Shown: positions 8,975 through 16,871 of the stretch, one piece after another | How the letters are laid out: every line of letters begins with the position of its first letter | Position numbering within the stretch: position 1 is the first letter of the stretch | Assembly: GCA_046483565.1 (NCBI GenBank) | Contig: JAWOCZ010000066.1 | Coordinates: 1-46,250, forward strand | Length of the DNA: 46,250 nt | Origin: Nitriliruptoraceae bacterium | GTDB taxonomy: Bacteria > Actinomycetota > Nitriliruptoria > Nitriliruptorales > Nitriliruptoraceae | Reading direction: 5' to 3' | Made by a program: the position numbers and the translations under genes | Notes under the pieces: model-generated | Seen by the model: only the letters and a program-made list of their open reading frames with translations | Told to the model about the DNA's origin: nothing | Database searches by the model: none

Positions 8975-10215
8975 GGCGTCTCTCCCGATCCCGGTGCACT
9001 CGCCACCTCGTCGTCGAGGTAGCGGGGCGCGTCCGCCAGCGGCGGCACCGGTCGCCCGTGGTTGATCAGCGCCCGGATGACCAGCTCCTCGCAGAGACGC
9101 GGGAAGGTGATGCCGTCGGCTGCCAACGACAGCGGATAGCTGGAGGTCGGGGTGAGCCCGGGCAGCGGGTTGGTCTCGAAGAAGGTGAACCGACCGTCCG
9201 GCAGCAGGCGGAAATCCGCGCGTGACGAGGTGTCACCGATGCCGAGCAGTCGGTGGACCTCCCAGGTGAGACGCTGGACCTCGGCGGTCTGCTCCGCGTC
9301 GAGGTGGGCGGGGACCCGCTTGTCGGCCAGCCCCGGGGTGTACTTCGCCTCGTAGTCGTAGAGGTCCCGCTCGGTGATGGCCTCCACGACCGCGTAGACC
9401 CGGTCCCCGAGCACGCCGATCGTGACGTCCCGGCCGGGCACGAAGACCTCGATCATCGCGTCCTGGCCCTCCGCACTGGCCAGGGCGCAGGCCTCACGCA
9501 GCCCGTCGGCCTCCTCGACCCTGCTGAGGCCGATCGTGGAGCCACCCGCCTCGGGCTTGACGATCCACGGCCCCTCGAGCTCCAGGCTCGCGAGGTCCTC
9601 GTCGAGGTGCGCACCACGGACCACGTGCCAGGCGGGCGTCAGGATCCCGTGGTCGGCGAGCGCCGCCTTGGTCCGTGCCTTGTGGAAGGTCAGCTCACAG
9701 ACCTCGGCCGACGGACCGGTGTAGGCGATGCCGTGTTCGTCGAGGAGCTGCTGCGTGGCTCCGGACTCGCCTTCGTCACCGAAGACCGTGAGCACGACGA
9801 CCTGCGCCGCCTCGAGCACCGGCAGGAGCCCGGGTGCCAACAACCCCGCGGTCTGGGCCTCGCGGACCTCGGCGAGGGAGTCGAGGTCGGGAGGCGCGGT
9901 CGCGGTCGGCGCCATCGGCGTGGCGGCCAGGGCGCCTTCCTCCACCTCGGTGGTCAGGAAGGCGTCCGCGGGGTCCTGGTGCGGGACGACGGGTGGGGCG
10001 GCCGAGTCCACCAGTGCGACGGCGTGCCCGAGACCGCGCAGGGCCCGGGCCACGGCCTCCCCCGAGGACAGCGAGACGTTCCGCTCGGTGTTCGCACCGC
10101 CGGTCAGGACCGCGATCCGCAGTGGTGCCGACAGCATCGATGCCGGGTGGGGACGCGGCATCACGGTCGGCTCCTCCACCACGGCTCCGTCGATGCCTGC
10201 TCGCAGTTCCACCAT
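8971..10215 (-). CDS. ddl: D-alanine--D-alanine ligase family ATP-grasp enzyme (divergent, with an extra insert in the N-terminal half)
   Basis: IAVLTGGANTERNVSLSSG N-terminal motif and RADFRL...FFETNPLPGLTPTSSYP C-terminal motif. I chose the ATG at 10215 because GAGGAGG lies 6 nt upstream. The maximal ORF extends to 10260. Confidence 0.8.
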   Translation of the reverse strand: MVELRAGIDGAVVEEPTVMPRPHPASMLSAPLRIAVLTGGANTERNVSLSSGEAVARALRGLGHAVALVDSAAPPVVPHQDPADAFLTTEVEEGALAATPMAPTATAPPDLDSLAEVREAQTAGLLAPGLLPVLEAAQVVVLTVFGDEGESGATQQLLDEHGIAYTGPSAEVCELTFHKARTKAALADHGILTPAWHVVRGAHLDEDLASLELEGPWIVKPEAGGSTIGLSRVEEADGLREACALASAEGQDAMIEVFVPGRDVTIGVLGDRVYAVVEAITERDLYDYEAKYTPGLADKRVPAHLDAEQTAEVQRLTWEVHRLLGIGDTSSRADFRLLPDGRFTFFETNPLPGLTPTSSYPLSLAADGITFPRLCEELVIRALINHGRPVPPLADAPRYLDDEVASAPGSGETP

Positions 10216-10275
10216 CGGTGACCTCCTCGCCACATCCGCCGTTCCCGCCGCAGCGACCACGATCCGGTCCGTCTC

Positions 10276-11115
10276 TCAGTCGCCGCGGAACCGCTGCTCG
10301 CGCCAGGGGTCGCCCCGGTCGTGGTAGCCGCGTTCCTCCCAGTACCCGCGGACCTCCCGGTCGAGCAGGCGGAACTCGGTCACCCACTTCACCGACTTCC
10401 AGCCGTAGAGGTGGGGTACCACCAGACGTAGCGGCCCGCCGTGTTCCCGCGCCAGCGGCCGTCCGTCGTGCGCCCAGGCGAGCAGCACGTCCTCGGCGGT
10501 CAGGTCCTCGAGCGACAGGTTGGTGGTGTAGGCGGGGTGGCCCGCGATCACGGCGTGCGTGGCGGCGGCGCGCACGCCGGCGCGCGCCAGCACGTCCCGC
10601 ACCCGCACACCCGTCCAGGTGTTGTCCAGCCGCGACCAGGTGGTCACGCAGTGGAAGTCCCGGGTGAGCGTCACCTCGTCCATGGCCTCGAGGTCCGCCA
10701 GGCCGAGGACCGTGCGCTGCTCGACCAGGCCGGTGACCACGAGCCGCACCTGGGGTGCGGTCCAGTCGGGTGCCCGCTCGACGTGCAGGACGGGGAAGCC
10801 CGCCGTCAGGTGCTGACCGGGCGGGATGCGCTCGGCATCGTCCACCGTCGTGGGAGCCACACCGACGTCGGGACTCGGACCGAGCATCGTCGCCACCTCG
10901 AGTGCGTCGAGGTCGGCGACCCGGCGGGCGATCGCGCCGGCCAGCTCCATGCGCAGATCGGGGTCCTCCACGTCATCGAGCCCACGCCGGGCCTCGGTGA
11001 GGGTGGCGGCGAGCTGCTCGCGGACACGCCCGGGATCTCGACGGCCCGGGGCGGCCTTGCGGACGTCGTCCGCCCGCCGCAGCAACCGAGCGATCGTCGT
11101 GGCGGCGTCGCTCAC
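10276..11115 (-). CDS. Molybdopterin-dependent oxidoreductase, sulfite-oxidase family (YedY/MsrP-like catalytic domain) with an approximately 75-aa helical N-terminal extension
   Basis: DFHCVTTWS and HGGPLRLVVPHLYGWKSVKWV motifs. GTG start with GAGGGG upstream. Third-position GC stays high through the extension. Confidence 0.85.
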   Translation of the reverse strand: MSDAATTIARLLRRADDVRKAAPGRRDPGRVREQLAATLTEARRGLDDVEDPDLRMELAGAIARRVADLDALEVATMLGPSPDVGVAPTTVDDAERIPPGQHLTAGFPVLHVERAPDWTAPQVRLVVTGLVEQRTVLGLADLEAMDEVTLTRDFHCVTTWSRLDNTWTGVRVRDVLARAGVRAAATHAVIAGHPAYTTNLSLEDLTAEDVLLAWAHDGRPLAREHGGPLRLVVPHLYGWKSVKWVTEFRLLDREVRGYWEERGYHDRGDPWREQRFRGD

Positions 11116-11313
11116 GGTGACCCCTCGCTCGGCGATGACGGCAGCCTCCAGCGTGGCACACGCTCGCGGTCCGTGCGAACCGCGACCCCCCAGCGGTTCT
11201 GGCCCCCGGGCACCCGTGGCGGCTGGCTCCGGTGCGACCTGGCAGACTCAGGGCGACCGACCTCCACCGGGGCACCGCCCCCGCCGACCTGCCGCCCGCG
11301 TGAGGAGTCACCC

Positions 11314-11916
11314 ATGGCACAGATGGCACGGATACTGACCGTCGACGGCGCCGCCCCCTCGATCCACCCCGGTGCCTTCCTGGCCGATGGTGCGACGGTG
11401 GCCGGCCGGGTGACGCTCGCCGCCGGGACATCGGTGTGGTTCGGCTGCGTCCTGCGCTCGGAGCGCAGCACGATCACGGTCGGCCGGGACACCAACCTGC
11501 AGGACCTGACCGTGGTGCACACCGACGAGGGGTTCCCCGCCACGATCGGGGAACGCGTCACCGTCGGGCACCGCGCGATCCTCCACGGGTGCACGATCGA
11601 GGACGACGCCCTGATCGGCATGGGGGCCATCCTCCTCAACGGCGCACACATCGGGGCGGGGGCCGTGGTGGGTGCCGGTGCCGTCGTCCGCGAGGGCCAG
11701 CACGTGCCACCGGACACCTTGGCGGTCGGGATACCGGCCCAGATCCGTCAGGCGCAGCTGCCACCGGTGCCCCGCCGCAACGTGGCCGGCTACCTGGCCC
11801 TGGCCGAGCTGTACCGCAGCGCCACGGAGGCCGAGGCCACCGTGATCGCTGCCGATCCGCCCGTGACGGGCAGCGGTCCGACGGCTGACGGGACCGCGGC
11901 GGAGGGGTCGTCGTGA
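11314..11916 (+). CDS. Gamma-carbonic-anhydrase-like / left-handed beta-helix (hexapeptide repeat) protein
   Basis: Hexapeptide repeats with the TIGERVTVGHRAILHGCTIEDDALIGMGA core. ATG at 11314 with GAGGAG upstream. The rest of maximal ORF 10441..11916 is junk. Confidence 0.9.
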   Translation: MAQMARILTVDGAAPSIHPGAFLADGATVAGRVTLAAGTSVWFGCVLRSERSTITVGRDTNLQDLTVVHTDEGFPATIGERVTVGHRAILHGCTIEDDALIGMGAILLNGAHIGAGAVVGAGAVVREGQHVPPDTLAVGIPAQIRQAQLPPVPRRNVAGYLALAELYRSATEAEATVIAADPPVTGSGPTADGTAAEGSS

Positions 11917-13070
11917 CCGACACCGAGCGGCTGCTCGCCGATCTCGTCGCCTTCGACACCACGAGCCGGAGCTCCAACCTCGCGCTCCTCGCCTTCGTGG
12001 AGGAGCTGCTCGACACGCACGGCATCCCCCACACGCGCGGGATGGACGGCTCCGGCACCAAGGCGAACCTGGTCGCCCGGATCGGCCCCGAGGTCGAGGG
12101 CGGCGTGGTGCTCGCGGCCCACACCGACTGCGTGCCCGTCGAGGGCCAGCCCTGGAGCCGCGACCCCTTCAGCCTGGGCGCCGACGGTGACCGCCTGTAC
12201 GGCCGCGGCACGACCGACATGAAGGGGTTCCTCGCGAGCGTGCTGGCGCACCTGCCCGCCATGGCCGCCGCCCCCCTGACCCGCCCGATCCTGCTGGTGC
12301 TGACCTACGACGAGGAGATCGGCACCGTCGGCGCACCGAGCGCCGTGGAGCTGCTGCTCGCGACGCAACCACGGCCCGAAGCGGTGATCGTGGGCGAACC
12401 GACACTGCTCTCGCCGGTCACCGCCCACAAGGGCGTCAGGTCGTACACCACGATCGTCGAGGGCCGGGACGGTCACTCCAGCCAGCCGCACCTGGCCGCC
12501 AACGCGCTGACCGCCGCGGCCCGCATCGCGACCTTCATCGACGACCTGGCCGCCGGTCACCGTGCCCGGGCCGCAGACCCGACCTTCGACCCGCCCTACA
12601 CGACCTGCAACCTGGCCACCCTGCAGGCGGGCCAGGCCATCAACATCGTCCCGCGGCGAGCCGAGCTGACGTGGGAGTACCGGCCCGTTCCCGCCGACGA
12701 CTCCGATGCCCTGGCCGCCGAGGTGGAGCGCTACGCCACCGAGGTGGTGCTGCCCCAGCTCCGGGCCACCACGGGCGAGGGCACGATCACCTTCCGGGCC
12801 GAGGCGATCGCCCGGGGTCTGGCGCCGGAGCCGGACGGAGCAGCCGAGGCGCTCGTTCGTCGCCTCACCGGGGCGACCGCTCCCGGCGGATCCGTGCCCT
12901 TCGGCACCGACGGTGGGCACTTCCAGGCTGCTGGCCTGTCCACGGTGGTGTGCGGCCCGGGCTCGATCGAGCAGGCCCATCAGCCGGACGAGTGGATCGC
13001 CACCGAGCAGCTGGCCGGCTGTGACGAGATGCTGGAGGCCCTGATCGCGGAGCTGGCCGGACCGTCGTAG
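11913..13070 (+). CDS. argE: M20-family acetylornithine deacetylase-like peptidase
   Basis: 385-aa ORF with M20 motifs (AHTDCVP, GRGTTDMKG, DEEIG). GTG start overlaps the upstream stop (GTGA). Confidence 0.8.
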   Translation: MTDTERLLADLVAFDTTSRSSNLALLAFVEELLDTHGIPHTRGMDGSGTKANLVARIGPEVEGGVVLAAHTDCVPVEGQPWSRDPFSLGADGDRLYGRGTTDMKGFLASVLAHLPAMAAAPLTRPILLVLTYDEEIGTVGAPSAVELLLATQPRPEAVIVGEPTLLSPVTAHKGVRSYTTIVEGRDGHSSQPHLAANALTAAARIATFIDDLAAGHRARAADPTFDPPYTTCNLATLQAGQAINIVPRRAELTWEYRPVPADDSDALAAEVERYATEVVLPQLRATTGEGTITFRAEAIARGLAPEPDGAAEALVRRLTGATAPGGSVPFGTDGGHFQAAGLSTVVCGPGSIEQAHQPDEWIATEQLAGCDEMLEALIAELAGPS

Positions 13071-13116
13071 CCGGGCCCTCGTGCCCGTCTCGCCGTAGCC
13101 GGACCCTCGTGCCCGG
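13067..13116. repeat. 22-nt direct repeat (13067..13088 and 13095..13116, 21/22 identical). The first copy contains the argE stop codon.
   Basis: cgtagccgggccctcgtgcccg versus cgtagccggaccctcgtgcccg, period 28 nt. Confidence 0.9.
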
Positions 13117-13206
13117 ACCGCCGCCAGCTGTCCTCCCCGCCGGATCGCCAGCGCGCCGACGGGCGCGACACGCCATCCACCGGCAACCACACCCACACCG
13201 GCGCGC

Positions 13207-15390
13207 TCAGCCCGCGGACGGCGCGTGGAGCACGAGCGGGAGCACCTCCTCGGCGCCGGCCTCGGCCAACAGCACCCCGGCCACGGTGAGGGTCCAGCCG
13301 GAGCGGCGCAGCGTGTCGAGCAGCAGCACCGGGCCCTGCGGTGGGGTGGTGACGACCTCGAGTGCCGACAGCGCGCCGGCCGCCTGGTGGGCCGAGTTGC
13401 CACGCGTCGACTGGGGCGGGGCCGGGCGGGCGACCAGCACCTGCCGGTGGACCGGGAGGCGACCGAGCGCCCCGAGCCGGTCGGCCACCGCCGAGGTCAG
13501 CGCGCCGTAGGTCTCGGAGGGCATCGTGACGATCGCCCGCGGCCGCCGCCGCCACGACCACCTCGCCAGCACCCGGACCAGGCCGTCGACGACGGTGTCG
13601 AGCGCCGCGTCGTCCGGGGCGATCCCCGCAGCCGCCTGCTCGAGCAGCAGCTGGACCGGGTCACTGAGCGTGGACACCTCGTTGCCGGTGAGCGCCCGCC
13701 CCTCGGCCAGCTGGACCGCGGTGGCCAGGTTGCCGCGACGCCCGTGCCCGAGCGCGTCCAGGCCCACGGGCCAGCGACGACGTGCCTTCAGCGGCACGTC
13801 CGCGGTCGCCGCGAACGTCTCGGCCGCCTGCTGCAGTACCCCGTCGATCCGGAGCTCGGGCGCGTGGCCGGTGCACCGGCCACAGCGCCCGCACGCCCCG
13901 GCGGCCGGATCGTCCAGGGCCCGCGTGAGCAGCTCCATCAGACACTCGGTGCCGGCCGGATCGAGGTAGCGCAGCATCACCTCGCGCTCGGCGCGGCGCC
14001 CCGCCAGCAGCCGGTCGTAGCGGGCCTGGTCGTGGACGTAGGGCGCGCCGGTGGCGGCGTAACCCCGTTCGTCGCGGATCACGGTCCCGTCCACGTCCAG
14101 GACCTTGAGGAGCAGCTCGAGACGGGTCCGGCGGATGTTGACCTGCGTCTCCAACCTCGGCAGCGACACGGGCGCCGGAGCCGCCCGGAGCGCAGCCAGG
14201 ATCTCCTCCACCTCGCCGCGGGTCGGCACACCCGCGACGTCGAAGTGATCCCAGAGCTTGGCGTCGTTGCCGGTCGGCAGGCACAGCACGTCGGTGGTCG
14301 ACCCGTCGCGGCCGGCCCGACCGATCGCCTGGTAGTAGGCGACCGGGGAGGACGGGGCACCGAGGTGGAGCACGAAGCCGAGGTCGGGCTTGTCGTAGCC
14401 CATCGACAGCGCCGTCGTGGCGACCACGGCGTCGTAGGCGTTGGCGTGGAGGGCGCGCTCCACCGCCGCGCGGTCCTCGGCATCCAACCGTGAGGTGTAG
14501 GCGACGACGTGGCAGCCCACCTGGGTGAGGAACGCGGCCGTGCGCTCCGCCTCCGCCACGGTGAGGGTGTAGATGATCCCGGATCGCCCGGCCGGGGCGC
14601 GCTGCTGCAGGTAGGCCGCGAGGAGGGCCAGACGCTGATCGTGGCGATCGCGGTGGACCACGTGCAGCCGGAGGGTGTCGCGTGCCAGCGGCCCGCGCAG
14701 CACGACGGCCGGCCGCTGCCCACCACCGCCGGCGGCCGTCGAACCGAGCTGTTCGGCGACGTCGGTGACCACCCGGTCGGTCGCGGTGGCGGTACAGGCC
14801 AGCACCGGGACGGGCTCGTCGCGGCTCGACGCCAGCCGCTGCAGGACCTCACCGATGCGGCGGTAGTCGGGACGGAAGTCGTGGCCGTGGTCGGAGATGC
14901 AGTGCGCCTCGTCGATCACCAGCATGCCGATCGCGCCGACCAGCCGGTCCAGGATCTCGCGGCGGAAGCGTGGGTGGTTGAGCCGCTCGGGGGAGATCAG
15001 CAGCAGGTCGACGGCACCACGACGCACGTCGGCCTCGATGTCCGTCCAGTCGTCGGGGTTGGTGGAGTTGATCGTGGCGGCCGCCAGGCCCATGCGACCG
15101 GCCGCCGTCAGCTGGTCCCGCATCAGTGCCAGCAGCGGGGAGACGATCAGCGTCGGCCCGGCACCCCGCTCGCGCAGCAGACGGGTGGCGACGAAGTACA
15201 CCGCCGACTTGCCCCACCCGGTGCGCTGCACGACCAGCGTCCGGGCGGCGTCGTCGACTAGGGCGACGATGGCGCTGGCCTGGTCGTCGCGCAGGACCGC
15301 GTCGGGACCGGCCAGGGCACGCAGCTGCACCGCCGCCGCCGCGATCGTGTCCTGGGCGGGCCCCGGATCCGGCGGCGGACCGCCGGTCAC
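13207..15390 (-). CDS. RecQ-like ATP-dependent DNA helicase of the RqlH type. It has a helicase core and a Cys-rich zinc module, and a ComF/phosphoribosyltransferase-like C-terminal domain in place of HRDC.
   Basis: GWGKSAVY Walker A, DEAH box VIDEAHCISDHGHDFRPDY and a CGRCGRC cluster. The C-terminus resembles a ComF/PRT fold (VLLLDTLRRSGWTLTVAG, compare VLLVDDVxTTGATL). Confidence 0.9.
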   Translation of the reverse strand: MTGGPPPDPGPAQDTIAAAAVQLRALAGPDAVLRDDQASAIVALVDDAARTLVVQRTGWGKSAVYFVATRLLRERGAGPTLIVSPLLALMRDQLTAAGRMGLAAATINSTNPDDWTDIEADVRRGAVDLLLISPERLNHPRFRREILDRLVGAIGMLVIDEAHCISDHGHDFRPDYRRIGEVLQRLASSRDEPVPVLACTATATDRVVTDVAEQLGSTAAGGGGQRPAVVLRGPLARDTLRLHVVHRDRHDQRLALLAAYLQQRAPAGRSGIIYTLTVAEAERTAAFLTQVGCHVVAYTSRLDAEDRAAVERALHANAYDAVVATTALSMGYDKPDLGFVLHLGAPSSPVAYYQAIGRAGRDGSTTDVLCLPTGNDAKLWDHFDVAGVPTRGEVEEILAALRAAPAPVSLPRLETQVNIRRTRLELLLKVLDVDGTVIRDERGYAATGAPYVHDQARYDRLLAGRRAEREVMLRYLDPAGTECLMELLTRALDDPAAGACGRCGRCTGHAPELRIDGVLQQAAETFAATADVPLKARRRWPVGLDALGHGRRGNLATAVQLAEGRALTGNEVSTLSDPVQLLLEQAAAGIAPDDAALDTVVDGLVRVLARWSWRRRPRAIVTMPSETYGALTSAVADRLGALGRLPVHRQVLVARPAPPQSTRGNSAHQAAGALSALEVVTTPPQGPVLLLDTLRRSGWTLTVAGVLLAEAGAEEVLPLVLHAPSAG

Positions 15391-16271
15391 CCGCCCGCCC
15401 GACCGGCGTGGCGGGGCGATCGGTACCAGAAGCCGTGCGGATGGCGGTCGCGTCGGAAGCCGTGAGCGGTCGCCATCGCGGCGGCTGCCGCGAACCCGTG
15501 ACCCACGTCACCCGGGACGTGGGCGTCCGCCCCGAAGGAGACGGCTTCTCCCCCCACCTCGTGCCACCAGCCGACGACCCGGGCGGCCAACGGCACCCGG
15601 GTGTTGATCTCCAGGACCCGGCCGCTGGCCGCGAGCGGCGCCAGCACCTGGCGGAACTCGGCCTCGAAGGGCCCCGGATCGAAACGACCCCGCCACGACC
15701 GGACCGGGTAGTCGAGGTGCGCGAGGACCTGGACCTCGTCGGGGAGCTCGGTGACCATGACCGCAGCCTCGGCGAGGTAGCGTCGCAGGACGTCAGCGGG
15801 CTCCAGGTGGTCCGGCGCCTGGGGTCCGACGAGGTGGTCCACCATCCACGGCTGTCCGTCCACGCGGACCGAGTGCAACGATGCCAGCACCCGCTCGAAC
15901 CGTCCCCCCTCGAGCAGCGATCGTGTCTGCTCGACGAACCAGTGGGGCTCGCCGAGCTCGACGCCGGTCAGGATGGCGAGGTCGGGGTAGCGCTGTCGGC
16001 ATCGTGCCACCGCAGCGAGGTAGTCGTCGACCGCCAGCGGCGGCGGGGTCACCGCCCCGTCGTCCCCGACGGCCACACCGCGCGCGGCGATCTGCTCCCT
16101 GAGCGGCTCGGGGGTCACCCAGCGGGTGACGTCGACGTGCTCGGTGAAGGCGATCGCCGGTAGGCCGAGCTCGGACGCGCGGGCGCAGGAACCGAGCATG
16201 GAGCCCTTGGAAGCGTCCCACGACCACTCGCTGTGGCTGTGATCATCGGCGGGCAGGGGTGCGGTCGGCAT
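15387..16271 (-). CDS. PHP-domain phosphoesterase (HisJ-type histidinol-phosphatase family)
   Basis: N-terminal DDHSHSEWSWDA and FTEHVD metal-binding motifs. ATG at 16271. Its stop overlaps the helicase GTG start (GTGA at 15387..15390). Confidence 0.8.
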   Translation of the reverse strand: MPTAPLPADDHSHSEWSWDASKGSMLGSCARASELGLPAIAFTEHVDVTRWVTPEPLREQIAARGVAVGDDGAVTPPPLAVDDYLAAVARCRQRYPDLAILTGVELGEPHWFVEQTRSLLEGGRFERVLASLHSVRVDGQPWMVDHLVGPQAPDHLEPADVLRRYLAEAAVMVTELPDEVQVLAHLDYPVRSWRGRFDPGPFEAEFRQVLAPLAASGRVLEINTRVPLAARVVGWWHEVGGEAVSFGADAHVPGDVGHGFAAAAAMATAHGFRRDRHPHGFWYRSPRHAGRAGG

Positions 16272-16303
16272 GTTCGCGACGCTACCGGCGCGTGCCGGCC
16301 CGC

Positions 16304-16855
16304 TCAGCCCGACTCGGCGCCGGCGATCGCAGCGAGGACCTCGGCATGGACGTCCAGGTCCCCCGAGGAGAACAGCACGAAGCGCACCAGCCGGAGCGGC
16401 GAGCCGGCAGCGAGCACGTCCCTCGCGGTGGTCAACGCCACCTCGGCGGCCGGTCGCAGGGGGTAGCCGAACGCGCCGGTGGACAGGGCGGGGAAGCCGA
16501 TGCTCTGCAGCCCTTCGGCGACCGCCAGCTCCAGGGCCCGGCGGTAGCACTCGGCCAGCAGCACCTCGGCGGGCTCGTCCCGGCCGTACACCGGACCGAG
16601 CGCGTGCAGCACCCGACGGTTCGGGAGGCCGAAGGCGTCCGTGGCGACCACCTCACCGGGCGCGATGGGGGCCAGGGGTCGACAGGCCCGATCCAACCCG
16701 GGTCCCGCTGCCTGGTGGATCGCCCCGGCGACGCCGCCGCCGGTGGTCAACCGGGCGTTGGCGGCGTTGACGACCGCCTCGAGGTCCGGTTGGGCGGTGA
16801 TGTCGCCCCGGGTCAGCTCCAGATCGGCCCGCCCGAAGCGTGCGGTGGTCAGCAT
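16304..16855 (-). CDS. Macro-domain protein (O-acetyl-ADP-ribose deacetylase / ADP-ribose-binding, YmdB-like)
   Basis: GDITAQPDLEAVVNAANARLTTGGGVAGAIHQAAG and FPALSTGAFGYP motifs. ATG at 16855 with GAGGAGG upstream. Confidence 0.9.
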   Translation of the reverse strand: MLTTARFGRADLELTRGDITAQPDLEAVVNAANARLTTGGGVAGAIHQAAGPGLDRACRPLAPIAPGEVVATDAFGLPNRRVLHALGPVYGRDEPAEVLLAECYRRALELAVAEGLQSIGFPALSTGAFGYPLRPAAEVALTTARDVLAAGSPLRLVRFVLFSSGDLDVHAEVLAAIAGAESG

Positions 16856-16871
16856 GGCCCCTCCTCGGTCG

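Noticed and set aside
11116-11313. A possible riboswitch (for example Moco) in the divergent region between the Mo-oxidoreductase gene and the gamma-CA-like gene.
   Set aside because: I could not see a conserved motif or a convincing multi-stem structure. The SD of the oxidoreductase gene lies immediately next to its start, leaving no obvious expression platform.
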